Virus record (IMG/VR): IMGVR_UViG_3300017963_007659
Location: 96,001 to 160,000 of that record
Strand: one strand, 5' to 3'
Source of the DNA: a virus
Length of the DNA: 64,000 nt
The position numbers were made by a program, and so were the translations under genes. The notes beneath the pieces were generated by a model, which did no database searches, was not told the DNA's origin, and saw nothing but the letters and a program-made list of their open reading frames with translations. Shown piece after piece: positions 45,720 to 54,885 of the stretch; position 1 is the first letter of the stretch; every line of letters starts with the position of its first letter.

Positions 45720-46639
45720 AGCTGATTAAAGATGGGATCTGCAACGACGTCGAATTCACTCTCGACGACATGCGGGAAGCCATGACGGACTACTACTTGA
45801 AGAAGGCGAAAGAAGACCCCTCTCTTCGGGTAGACGACGCTCCTCATCCCACCTGTGGTGTAGTCACCGATATGCCTGATTACGAGAACCTGGGGGCCTC
45901 TTATGTCCAAGATACTCCCAACTCCGGACACTTGCGTTGGATCGACAAGAAGCGTGCCCGAGATCTGAGTCTGAAGGCTCAGATGAAGCGACGGCTAAGA
46001 CAGGGGCTTGATACCCGAATTGTCGCACACAGCTCTCCAGGGCACTCATCAGACCCCGAACATGTGCGCTGGGAAGTGTTGAAGAATCGCAACACTCCTA
46101 TCCAGGGGAGTGCTTCGGACGCTTTTCATTTTGAGGTCTCGAAGAGTCGAAAGAGGGAAGAAGCGCTTGTCTACTTGAGGGGGCTAGGGGTTCCTGATTT
46201 CATCATCCAAGGTTGGGACTCCGCGCGGGAAGAGTCTGACTCCTACACGGCGTATGTGCTCGCTGCCGTGCAGTGTGGTCTTCCAGCGACGATCCAAGAA
46301 TTCGGACATGCGGCTGGTTTCACCAAAGAACACATGCGAGACGCTTTGAAGGTGAGTGCGAACCTTCCTCCTGCTGACCACGCGGCGGCTGAACCTGGTC
46401 TTCTCGACGTCTCGCAGGAAGAGAAGACCATCACCGACGGTATGCTACACGCTCTTGGTGTTGACCCAGAGTTCCACGAAGAGATGAAGAAGAAGCACGA
46501 GGAGCACAAGGAAGGCATATGCTGTGTCCAGGGCTGCTCAGCCGAAGCATGGACCCGTCCTAACGGCACCAAGAAGTTCTGTACGGAGCACGAGACCGAA
46601 GAGTTCACCTACAAGAAAACAGGCTTAACCCTCCTGTAA
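45716..46639 (+). CDS. Hypothetical protein with C-terminal Cys/His finger
   Basis: ATGA overlap; CCVQGC...FCTEH. Confidence 0.7.
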   Translation: MKLIKDGICNDVEFTLDDMREAMTDYYLKKAKEDPSLRVDDAPHPTCGVVTDMPDYENLGASYVQDTPNSGHLRWIDKKRARDLSLKAQMKRRLRQGLDTRIVAHSSPGHSSDPEHVRWEVLKNRNTPIQGSASDAFHFEVSKSRKREEALVYLRGLGVPDFIIQGWDSAREESDSYTAYVLAAVQCGLPATIQEFGHAAGFTKEHMRDALKVSANLPPADHAAAEPGLLDVSQEEKTITDGMLHALGVDPEFHEEMKKKHEEHKEGICCVQGCSAEAWTRPNGTKKFCTEHETEEFTYKKTGLTLL

Positions 46640-46717
46640 CCCAAAACAAAACAATATTGTTGTACAACGTTTCTGTTTTTGTTCTCCTCCTCAAGACAAA
46701 CCTAGTCAAAGTAGAAT

Positions 46718-46924
46718 ATGCCCTATACAGAAGATGGCACCATCTACACCGATCAGTGCTGGCGAGAAACAGAAGACTCTCCAGGGGTCAAGATTACTGA
46801 TATTCTCCTGGACGATGCGTCAGGAGAGGAAGTCATAGTCTACCGGTACTTCAAGGATAAAAATAGAGGGAGCGGATATTGTTCCCCGCGCTCTCGGTTC
46901 GTAAAGAGGTTCACGAGGTATTAG
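46718..46924 (+). CDS. Small DUF1653-like protein
   Basis: EEVIVYR...RSRFVKRF; TAGTCAAAGTA 4 nt before the ATG. Confidence 0.5.
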   Translation: MPYTEDGTIYTDQCWRETEDSPGVKITDILLDDASGEEVIVYRYFKDKNRGSGYCSPRSRFVKRFTRY

Positions 46925-46925
46925 G

Positions 46926-47138
46926 GTGACTGAGGTACCATCGAAGCTCCGAAGAGGGCACGTCTGGGTACGAAAGGGAAGTCCCCAGAGTGCGTGGGTT
47001 CAGATTGAAGCTGTAGCTACGCCCACGTTCGATGACCCTCAGAAGTATGTTGCCTTTCGTCAGATCGGAGCCAATGACGCCTTCCTCTCGACGGTGGATG
47101 AATTCTTGAAGGAGTACGAGTACGATGACGGATCCTGA
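46926..47138 (+). CDS. Small DUF1653-like protein
   Basis: YVAFRQ...STVDEFLKEY. Confidence 0.45.
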   Translation: MTEVPSKLRRGHVWVRKGSPQSAWVQIEAVATPTFDDPQKYVAFRQIGANDAFLSTVDEFLKEYEYDDGS

Positions 47139-47364
47139 CAAGACATTCGAGATCTGCTACTCTGGTGGAACCAATATCAAGGTCAGAGAGGTGTGGCCGG
47201 ATGGAGATGCTCCAGAGAACCCCACGGCTGAGGATGTCATGAAGAGGATGAAGGAGTCCTGCAAGGGAGTCAAAGCCGACCTTCTCATGGATTGGAATCT
47301 CGCTGGGGACCTCGACATCTCAGTCATCGACTACAAGGTCGGCAGGGCACATTGGGACGAATGA
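47125..47364 (+). CDS. Hypothetical protein
   Basis: AAGGAG RBS. Confidence 0.65.
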   Translation: MTDPDKTFEICYSGGTNIKVREVWPDGDAPENPTAEDVMKRMKESCKGVKADLLMDWNLAGDLDISVIDYKVGRAHWDE

Positions 47365-47588
47365 AGAAGGAACGTCAACCACGACCAGGAGTGATGAAAC
47401 GCGTCCTCTTTTCCGAGCTGGAGGGGCGGTTGGATGAGTGCCACAAACACATCCGACGCACAGGGGATCAGATCATTCTTGTAGACGAGGAGAATCTTCC
47501 TCTTGGAATCTTCATGGATATCAACACGCACAACGAGCTGAGACCGTACTTTGAGAGAAAGCTCGGACGTAGGAAGATAGACCTATGA
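47361..47588 (+). CDS. Phd/YefM-like small DNA-binding protein
   Basis: VLFSELEGRLDECHKHIRRTGDQIILV...PLGIFMDINTHNEL. Confidence 0.5.
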   Translation: MKKERQPRPGVMKRVLFSELEGRLDECHKHIRRTGDQIILVDEENLPLGIFMDINTHNELRPYFERKLGRRKIDL

Positions 47589-47830
47589 TCCTCTTCGATA
47601 AGGTCAAGATAGATGAGATACGGCATGGGTCCTACTGTGACCTGTGTCATGCCTTTCTGGAGTGGGGTGCGGAGTGCGTGGAGTCCAAGGTCTGGGACTA
47701 TGGATTCAAGAGGATGGAGAAGAAGCTCCTCTGTCTTGACTGCATTGGTCCGATGTCACAGCTTGCGGACTCTCCTGTCGGAGCCTCGATACACGCTGAG
47801 GACAGGCAAGAATACCCGGAGGAAGAGTGA
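47585..47830 (+). CDS. Small Zn-finger protein
   Basis: YCDLC...LCLDC. Confidence 0.6.
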   Translation: MILFDKVKIDEIRHGSYCDLCHAFLEWGAECVESKVWDYGFKRMEKKLLCLDCIGPMSQLADSPVGASIHAEDRQEYPEEE

Positions 47831-48450
47831 TGGAACGCTACCCGCAGATCCCACACCGAACCCAAGTCAAGACGAAGGGGGAGATCTTCTACGCGTTCGA
47901 TAAGCTCGATGGGTCGAACGTCCGCGTCGAGTGGACCAAGAAGAATGGCTATCACAAGTTCGGTCGGCGTAAGGCGCTCCTGGACAACTCCAACGAGTTC
48001 CTACCGGAATCGGAGGACATCATCCGAGCTAAGTACGCCTCGGAGCTTGAGGAGGTCTTCAAGAGTCGGCGTTGGCCTCTCGTCACCTGCTTCTTCGAGT
48101 TCTTTGGTCCGAACTCCTTCGCGGGGAACCATGTGCACGAGCCGCATGACGCTGTACTCTTGGATGTCCGTCCCTTCAAGAAAGGGATCATCCCTCCACG
48201 GGAATTCTTGAAGCACTTCGATCACCTCGACATTCCGAAGCTCCTCTACAAGGGACCGATGAACCAGGAGTTGATTGAGTCGGTGGAGAACGGGACTCTT
48301 GAAGGGATGACCTTCGAGGGAGTTGTCTGCAAGGGGAGCTACGACCGGAAGAAAGGTCGTCCGACCATGTTCAAGATCAAGAATCGAGCGTGGTTGGAGA
48401 AGCTGAGGGCACGGTGCCCTGACGAGAAGACGTTTGAGAGGCTGAGATGA
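47827..48450 (+). CDS. RNA ligase (compact adenylation domain, Rnl2-like)
   Basis: FDKLDGSNVR (motif I), FFEFFG, FEGVVCK, FKIKN. Confidence 0.8.
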   Translation: MMERYPQIPHRTQVKTKGEIFYAFDKLDGSNVRVEWTKKNGYHKFGRRKALLDNSNEFLPESEDIIRAKYASELEEVFKSRRWPLVTCFFEFFGPNSFAGNHVHEPHDAVLLDVRPFKKGIIPPREFLKHFDHLDIPKLLYKGPMNQELIESVENGTLEGMTFEGVVCKGSYDRKKGRPTMFKIKNRAWLEKLRARCPDEKTFERLR

Positions 48451-48791
48451 GTACCAAAATTCCGAAAGAGACCACCTTCTTATGGGATGACGGGTCCTAT
48501 GCTGTCGCCCGACAGGATAACGAGACATTTGCTCAGGACTTCTGTGAGATGGTGTGGCTCAAAGGTCTGCCGACCTCGTTTCGAGAGACCGAGTGGGTAA
48601 CGGAAACCATTCCCACACAGTCGTCCTACTGTTGTAGTAAGACCTGTACCTGGATTGAGTACATCGATAGATGTTCCTTGTATGAGGAAGACCTGTACTA
48701 CAACGCTGATTTGAAGATGATGGTGCGCTGTGACAAGTGCTTGAAAGAGAATCCGACGAAAGAGATCGCGGATCTGCGAGAAGAAGAGTAG
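48447..48791 (+). CDS. Hypothetical protein
   Basis: ATGA overlap. Confidence 0.6.
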   Translation: MSTKIPKETTFLWDDGSYAVARQDNETFAQDFCEMVWLKGLPTSFRETEWVTETIPTQSSYCCSKTCTWIEYIDRCSLYEEDLYYNADLKMMVRCDKCLKENPTKEIADLREEE

Positions 48792-49259
48792 ATGCATACT
48801 TGTAGCACGACGAGAGCCTGTGAGGGAGAGCGCTGGACCTGGAAGGTAGAAGACCTCTGGGAAGCTGCTAGGGACCTCCCTGTGCATGAACTGGACATCC
48901 CAGCGGTCACAGAGATTACCGACCTCCTAGAATCACCTGTGGGGCATGTGTGGGGCTCTGAGGGAGAGTTCACCTTCTGGAATCTGTTGGAGCACATGGA
49001 GAGGGTACTTGAAGCTGACCTGAGCTATCCTATCCTGGCTAGTCCAGAAGGAAGCATTTTGGACGGGATTCATCGGCTGGTCAAAGCTCGTCTCTACGAT
49101 AAGACGGTTAGGTGGCAGCAGTTTGAGGAGTGGCCTGAACCGTGGAAGAGGGAGAAGGTCACAGCTCCTACCGATTGCCCTGAACGGGACGAGCAGTGCG
49201 ACCCGCAGTGTGCTGTCTGGGCTACGGGCGACCACAGGTGCAGAACGGAGTGGGAATGA
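48792..49259 (+). CDS. ParB/Srx-like domain protein
   Basis: ADLSYPILASPEGSILDGIHRLVKA. Confidence 0.65.
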   Translation: MHTCSTTRACEGERWTWKVEDLWEAARDLPVHELDIPAVTEITDLLESPVGHVWGSEGEFTFWNLLEHMERVLEADLSYPILASPEGSILDGIHRLVKARLYDKTVRWQQFEEWPEPWKREKVTAPTDCPERDEQCDPQCAVWATGDHRCRTEWE

Positions 49260-49528
49260 GCGAAAGAACCCCAAAAGATGCGCTTCGCCACGCGATGCAC
49301 CGGGCTATTCGGTATGCAGAGATGCGCCGAGACGCAACCAAGCCAGGAGCTGTCATCGAAGCGATGTCCGAGGAAGACAGGCGACTCTTGAAGGAGCTGT
49401 CCTCAGATGACTTCAAGGATGTCTGGCGAGACGTCATTCCGGACGAGCCTCCGCATGGGTCTCCTGCATGGAACGCGATGGGATGGGAGTACACTCTGAA
49501 GGCGATTCTTGAAGGCAGGTACAAATGA
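49256..49528 (+). CDS. Hypothetical protein
   Basis: ATGA overlap. Confidence 0.6.
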   Translation: MSERTPKDALRHAMHRAIRYAEMRRDATKPGAVIEAMSEEDRRLLKELSSDDFKDVWRDVIPDEPPHGSPAWNAMGWEYTLKAILEGRYK

Positions 49529-49781
49529 GCGACGAGAAGAAGAATACCGTCCTGAAACCAAGCAAGCTGAACCTCGACTGCCCGGAGTGTCAGCGCAAAA
49601 TCTCGCATGAATGGGATCCTTCTGCGGAGACGTGTAGATGCACTGGCTGTGACTACACGCGCAGTGAAGATGTGGTCATGGAGCCTCCTGGAGCGAATCA
49701 TATACGCTTCATCATTCACTACGAGAATGAGCTTCAGAAGGTGATGGACAGGTTGGTGTACAAATGAGCGACGAGAAGAAG
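49519..49781 (+). repeat. 24-bp direct repeat flanking one gene
   Basis: GTACAAATGAGCGACGAGAAGAAG at 49519-49542 and 49758-49781. Confidence 0.95.
49525..49767 (+). CDS. Small Zn-ribbon protein
   Basis: CPEC...CTGC. Confidence 0.65.
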   Translation: MSDEKKNTVLKPSKLNLDCPECQRKISHEWDPSAETCRCTGCDYTRSEDVVMEPPGANHIRFIIHYENELQKVMDRLVYK

Positions 49782-50498
49782 GAACGTCCTGAGTGGATGG
49801 AGAAGCTGTTGGAGGCACCTCTTCAAAAGGACTGTTTGATCATGTCCGAGGGTACCTTCAAGATGCTGCTTCAAGATTCAGCACTCAGTGTAGAAGAAGG
49901 CACTATGGACGATGAGACCTACGCTGGTCTCGAAAAGGTCTTCTCAGAGAGTATCGAGCGTCGAGACGCAGCACTCAGGAAGCTCCGCGCGTTGCCTTCA
50001 TTCCCAGGTTCTCTCATGGCTACGACAAGCCTCCCTAACGAAGAGGACCTTGAACAGGCTGTAGAGCTGATCCGAGAGCCAGAGACAGCCGCGAAGATCA
50101 AGGAGCTGGATGCGGAGACTGTCCCGGAGCCTTCTATGTTTGAAGATGTGGAGCGCATCCGCAAGTACACAACACCTCAGCACCTACAAGGAGTTCCTTG
50201 GACCAAGCTGAGCCGTTCCTACATGGCACGGGTCGCTCCTCATGTCTTTGAAGGTCAAGACAAGGCATACAGTCTCGACTTCGAGATCTGCAACACCTAT
50301 TGGGACAACTCGGGGGAGTGTTCTGACCTCGTGGCTGAGGGACATGTGAAATGGGATGGCTGCATGAACGTCTGCTTCTACGATGACTACATGCACTTCT
50401 GCTGTCCGGATGACGCTGATGAGCTGAACAAGGCTTTGAGATGGGTCTGGTCGCAGGGGAAGACGCTAGAGACTTGGGATGAGCTGCTGGACTACTAG
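49764..50498 (+). CDS. Hypothetical protein
   Basis: 244 aa ORF, ATGA overlap. Confidence 0.7.
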   Translation: MSDEKKERPEWMEKLLEAPLQKDCLIMSEGTFKMLLQDSALSVEEGTMDDETYAGLEKVFSESIERRDAALRKLRALPSFPGSLMATTSLPNEEDLEQAVELIREPETAAKIKELDAETVPEPSMFEDVERIRKYTTPQHLQGVPWTKLSRSYMARVAPHVFEGQDKAYSLDFEICNTYWDNSGECSDLVAEGHVKWDGCMNVCFYDDYMHFCCPDDADELNKALRWVWSQGKTLETWDELLDY

Positions 50499-50500
50499 CT

Positions 50501-50809
50501 CTATCCTTTGTAGTATCCGTGGTCGATTTTGTGGCTCATTCCTAGCCCTGTACACCACTGCCTACTGACCTCCACGGGAGCCCACTTGGGCATTTCCCCA
50601 TCAGACACGGACCAGGAGCTTCGCTCGCTATAACGATGTTCCCAGCTATTGCAGTCGGGGAATTGGCGGCGCACGACGCGTGCCTGGAGGGTCTTGATCT
50701 CACCAGTCTCTGGGTTCTCATAAACACCGTTCGCGATGTCTCTTGATACCACAGCAGCCGTGAACCAGTGAATCTTGACCATGAGGGTGGCTTTCTTGTC
50801 GTCTGTCAT
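50501..50809 (-). CDS. Hypothetical early protein
   Basis: GTTGGAGG RBS; minus-strand TTGACA(50853-50858)-17 nt-GATAAC. Confidence 0.7.
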   Translation of the reverse strand: MTDDKKATLMVKIHWFTAAVVSRDIANGVYENPETGEIKTLQARVVRRQFPDCNSWEHRYSERSSWSVSDGEMPKWAPVEVSRQWCTGLGMSHKIDHGYYKG

Positions 50810-50957
50810 GCTTGCCTCCAACAGCTACAGTTATCTCAAATTTCAGGTCTTCTGTCAAGAGGAATTTTGCTACGTAAGCGCGGCGAGATCGCCTTTTCGT
50901 CAAAATTATCCCATGTAAGGGAGAAATCTGGTCAAAGGGTAGTAGGGAAGGAGCGCG

Positions 50958-51173
50958 ATGTACAACTTCAACTTCACTGAACACAGCGGCATTTACTCGA
51001 ACGCGAAGAGGAAGATTGCCTTCTGTGTGGAGGGCTACCGGGTATCAAGGGAAGCATTCATCGCCTACATGGAGAAGAATCGAAGTCCCTCTGAACTCGC
51101 GGAAATCTTGGAGATAGAGCAGTCCTATTTGGACAAGGGCTACACTCGCGCAAGAGAGCCTGCTCTCCTCTGA
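50958..51173 (+). CDS. Hypothetical protein
   Basis: AAGGAG RBS, TGGTCAAAG motif upstream. Confidence 0.65.
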   Translation: MYNFNFTEHSGIYSNAKRKIAFCVEGYRVSREAFIAYMEKNRSPSELAEILEIEQSYLDKGYTRAREPALL

Positions 51174-51250
51174 AGAAATCTAGTCAAAGTATAGGGACCA
51201 AGATGATTCAACCACCATGAAGGGAACCACAAGGAGGACACCATGAGGCG

Positions 51251-52018
51251 CTAAAGAACTTGAATCTTCGATTGTTGGCTTGGGACACTTCCATAGCCTA
51301 GGTCTACAAGAATCGCCCGCCTTCCCCTGAACCTGACATTCCCAGCATGCAAGTCATAGAAGACAATACGTCTATGTGACAGAGCCTTAGCCCATTCCAT
51401 GAGGGTGTGGAGTTCATTCTTGTAGCGGTCCATCAGAGGTTCATACTTGAAGTTCTTGCCGAACTCCCCCCATCCTTCCAGGTCCATCCCCTCTTCTTCA
51501 ACCTTGCGGTCTTTCTCTCGGTAGTAGTCCTCAAGAGCGTAGATGAGCTTGCGGTTGAGACCCTTCTTGAGCATCTTCCGGAATGGAAGATTGCGGTCTC
51601 GAAGCGTATCGAAGATATGGAGGTACTGACTGAGTTCCATCCCCGCAGCATCCGTGAGCTTCTCAGCCACGATACAGTAAAGGACCTTCGCTTCTGGAAG
51701 AGGACGGAAGACGTCATGAACCTGGAGCAACCAAGGACTCGGCTTGTCTTTGAGGATCTGAGCTGCCCACGCATCGTTGTAGTCGGTGGTGATCTTGAGC
51801 ACACGTTTTCGGTTGCCCTTCAGCCAGAAGACTACCGCATACTGTCCATGACCCAGCATCGCTGGCTCTTGCGTCTCCCCCAGACGGTCTAGGATAGCCG
51901 TTGTTATCTCATGGATCTGTGCAGGCGTCTTCTCTTCGGGAAGATGCTCTCGCTTGAGGAGCTGCGCGAAGACCTTATCGAATCGTGTGAGGTCCATATA
52001 CGTGAAGTCCTCTACCAT
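51251..52018 (-). CDS. Ser/Thr protein kinase-like protein
   Basis: LGHGQYAVVF (Gly loop), VLKIT, IVAEKL, YDLHAGNV (catalytic loop), LVDLG. Confidence 0.85.
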   Translation of the reverse strand: MVEDFTYMDLTRFDKVFAQLLKREHLPEEKTPAQIHEITTAILDRLGETQEPAMLGHGQYAVVFWLKGNRKRVLKITTDYNDAWAAQILKDKPSPWLLQVHDVFRPLPEAKVLYCIVAEKLTDAAGMELSQYLHIFDTLRDRNLPFRKMLKKGLNRKLIYALEDYYREKDRKVEEEGMDLEGWGEFGKNFKYEPLMDRYKNELHTLMEWAKALSHRRIVFYDLHAGNVRFRGRRAILVDLGYGSVPSQQSKIQVL

Positions 52019-52425
52019 TGCTTCTTCCCGTCCTTGGTCGGATAGCCCAGCACACCATCATCCATTCCAATAGGCGCTTCTTCGTCTTCCCACACCTTGG
52101 AGCCGTCTAGGAGGCGTAGGGCTTTCTTGTAGGGCAGCTCGACTGCTGTACGCAGCTTGATCTTCTTTTCCTTCCAGACAACCTCTTCCGGATAGACTAG
52201 ATCTGGGTAGGTGTATGTACTGAATAGGACTACTTTCTTGCGATGCTTCGGTCGTCCTAAGCTCGTCTCCTGCACACCAGGAACGTAGGCTCCTCCGAGA
52301 GCTACGGCGTAGACTCCAGGGACAATACTCGAATCCCAAATCTCTTTAGTTCTGATGATTTCGGAGAGACCTTCATCATCGGTGAAGTGGACGTAGAAGA
52401 GGTTTCTTGGAGAGGGTTTCTGCAT
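52012..52425 (-). CDS. Putative ADP-ribosyltransferase-fold protein (H-Y type)
   Basis: YVHFTDDEGLSEII...EIWDSSIVPGVYAV...YPEEVVW resembles HYD/HYE-clade ART motifs. Confidence 0.5.
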   Translation of the reverse strand: MQKPSPRNLFYVHFTDDEGLSEIIRTKEIWDSSIVPGVYAVALGGAYVPGVQETSLGRPKHRKKVVLFSTYTYPDLVYPEEVVWKEKKIKLRTAVELPYKKALRLLDGSKVWEDEEAPIGMDDGVLGYPTKDGKKQW

Positions 52426-52498
52426 AATGCGCTCGTTTTTAGGTAACCGTTTGGAAACTCGTCACAAACTAGTCAAAGAGAGTAGAAGGAGATTCTAC

Positions 52499-52792
52499 AT
52501 GACAGACGAAACGTTTACCACCTCTACGGGAAGCATAACGATCTCGGTCAACGAGGTAGAACCGAACAGTCCCTTGGGAGAGATCACGGAGAACACCTAT
52601 CCTATTGGAACAGTGGTTCGCCTCATCGCTGGAAGTCCTCTCATGACGGTGGCAGAAATCGTCAGCAAGACGTTGCGCAAATGCTATTGGTTCATTCCCT
52701 CTGGAGATGTTCCAGACTTCTATGAAGGCAAATGCTACGCGGAGACCTTCCATGTCAATGCTCTGATGACTGTTGATAGGGACGCTGAGTGA
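52499..52792 (+). CDS. YodC/DUF2158-like protein
   Basis: YPIGTVVRLIAGSPLMTV...CYWF...ETFHVNAL. Confidence 0.65.
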   Translation: MTDETFTTSTGSITISVNEVEPNSPLGEITENTYPIGTVVRLIAGSPLMTVAEIVSKTLRKCYWFIPSGDVPDFYEGKCYAETFHVNALMTVDRDAE

Positions 52793-53010
52793 GCTGGAAG
52801 CAGGTCGATATCGGTGGAGCCGCGATGTGGTCCAAAACTGGGGAGACCGAGCTGCACCTATACCCTCCAAATGGTACCCTATGGTCGGAAGTAGACCGAG
52901 GTACGTTGCCTGGCTTCACTCCAGAAGGGCGTCAGCAGTATGGGGCGAGTGACAATAAGTACTTGCTGAGACTGGTAGGAGCTATAAGCGAGCGGCTTCA
53001 AGAAATCTAG
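52789..53010 (+). CDS. Hypothetical protein
   Basis: GTGA overlap. Confidence 0.6.
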   Translation: MSWKQVDIGGAAMWSKTGETELHLYPPNGTLWSEVDRGTLPGFTPEGRQQYGASDNKYLLRLVGAISERLQEI

Positions 53011-53023
53011 TCAAAGATAGGGT

Positions 53024-53341
53024 ATGAAGCTGACCAAAGCCCAGAAGGAACAGCGTGCCCTCTGGAAGAATCCTCCTCCTGTAGAGGCAACGAGAGAGCA
53101 GGCGCGAGCCCTCTTCGATGAGAACGGTAACTTCAAGAATTACGATCCCTACCGCCGTGCTGACGATCTGTTCTTTAACAAGGATGGCTGGCCTGTGGCA
53201 GAAGTGCTGGCATATGCACAGATTCTTGTAGACACCAAGGAGCTGGACCATTTCTGTGATGCTGTAAAGATTCTGCATGCTTGTGCGTTTGCTCGTTGCA
53301 CCAAAGGGAACTACTCCCCCTGCTACATGTGGAGAAGGTAA
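53024..53341 (+). CDS. Hypothetical protein
   Basis: TAGTCAAAGAT upstream. Confidence 0.65.
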   Translation: MKLTKAQKEQRALWKNPPPVEATREQARALFDENGNFKNYDPYRRADDLFFNKDGWPVAEVLAYAQILVDTKELDHFCDAVKILHACAFARCTKGNYSPCYMWRR

Positions 53342-53342
53342 G

Positions 53343-54635
53343 ATGGAACGTGTGCGCATCCTAGCTCAAGACTACCTGTTGACCCATTCCTTTGGTGATC
53401 TCTACGAGAAGCACCACATCAGAGCGAGCATTCGAGGGCGATTCGTCTCTCTGAACTACCATCAGCTCAAGTCAACAAGGTCTGACCCTGTCTCGCAGCA
53501 GTGTCGAGGAGCTGTCCTCCTCCATGACCACGACGACATCGACTACGAGACTGTGGTAGGAGAGACGCAGCTCCTTGCTTGGCCTTTCAACCGCTTCTTC
53601 AACTTCAATGAAGGCGTATGCGCGGACATTGATTGGACCACAGCGGAAATCCAAGAGAAGCTGGATGGCTCGCTCTGCTTCGTCTACTACAACCCCCTCG
53701 ACGGTCAGTGGGAAGTCGCTACGAGGAAGGTCCCGCAAGGCAACCTCCCTATCAATCCATATGGAACAGAGACCGTTCGTGACCTCTTTCTTCAAGGATT
53801 GCAGAGGGTCATCGGAGGCTTCAAGAGTCGAGGTGTCTCTGACTTCGATGACCTCATGAACAAGATGGACCCGTTTCGCATGCACACCTGGATGTTCGAG
53901 CTGACCTCTCCGGTCAACCGGATCGTCTGTGTGTACAATGACATCTCAGTCACCCTCTTGGGACGGCGTAATCTCCAGACGGGGAGGGAGCGGAGCGTCC
54001 GAAACAGTGCCCTTCCCTTTGGTATCCCCATAGCGGAGACCTACGACCTGAAGGATCTCAACGCCATCATTTCCTTCGTGCAAAGGCGTCCTCCGCATGA
54101 CCATGAAGGGATTGTGGTCTGTGACGCATACTTCAACAGAATCAAAGTGAAGTCGGAAGCTTACGTGTTAGCGAACAAGATGCAAGGGCACCTCGCTTCA
54201 AGCCCCCAGAAGATCACGAGCATCATTCTTGAAGGGGGCTGGGATGACGTCTCAGGTCAGCTACCGGACTACATTCGGGAGCAAGGGGACCTCATGTCCC
54301 AAGCCTTCGGGGACATCGTTGCCAGAACTATCAAAGCATTCCGAGAGATTGAGAAAGAGGTCGCGGACCAAGGTCTCACCATCGAGGACAAGGACCACCG
54401 GAAGACATTCGCTCTCGCCGCCAAGGCTCGGAAGTGTGATGTCCAGGCAGTCATGAATTGCTATGGACAAAACGCGGACGCCATGATAGAGTGGTTCCAT
54501 TATCGGGATGGTCGAAAGCCTGATATGCGTGGTAGGCACGTCAAGCGCATAAGGGACATGATCAAGAAGGAGATGGAACGGAATGGGACATCGCGCAAAG
54601 CGTTCTGGGAAATCCAAGAAGACGAGGAAGAATAA
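53343..54635 (+). CDS. T4 Rnl1-like RNA ligase
   Basis: CRG, AWPFNRFFN, QEKLDGSL, WEVATR, MFELTSPVNRIV, HEGIVV, RIKVKS. Confidence 0.9.
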   Translation: MERVRILAQDYLLTHSFGDLYEKHHIRASIRGRFVSLNYHQLKSTRSDPVSQQCRGAVLLHDHDDIDYETVVGETQLLAWPFNRFFNFNEGVCADIDWTTAEIQEKLDGSLCFVYYNPLDGQWEVATRKVPQGNLPINPYGTETVRDLFLQGLQRVIGGFKSRGVSDFDDLMNKMDPFRMHTWMFELTSPVNRIVCVYNDISVTLLGRRNLQTGRERSVRNSALPFGIPIAETYDLKDLNAIISFVQRRPPHDHEGIVVCDAYFNRIKVKSEAYVLANKMQGHLASSPQKITSIILEGGWDDVSGQLPDYIREQGDLMSQAFGDIVARTIKAFREIEKEVADQGLTIEDKDHRKTFALAAKARKCDVQAVMNCYGQNADAMIEWFHYRDGRKPDMRGRHVKRIRDMIKKEMERNGTSRKAFWEIQEDEEE

Positions 54636-54885
54636 GACACGGAAGCCGAAGCCGAAGGTAGTGGTTCTCCCGCTGAGTCGTCATCGGGTTCGGTATCCAG
54701 AGAAGAGCGAAGAGTGGAGTCCCTGGCTATATTCGTCGCTTCGCAGGAAACGAGTCAAAGTAGTAGACGGGAGCTTCCGGTGGATGGTTCTCCCGCCGAC
54801 GCCAGACACAAAGAAGATAGCTCGGCTGTCGAGAGAGGCATTTGACGCATGGCAACAGAACCAGAGCTGTACTACGAGCCCCTGA
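54583..54885 (+). CDS. Basic hypothetical protein
   Basis: ORF overlapping its neighbours, AGGAG RBS. Confidence 0.45.
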   Translation: MGHRAKRSGKSKKTRKNKTRKPKPKVVVLPLSRHRVRYPEKSEEWSPWLYSSLRRKRVKVVDGSFRWMVLPPTPDTKKIARLSREAFDAWQQNQSCTTSP

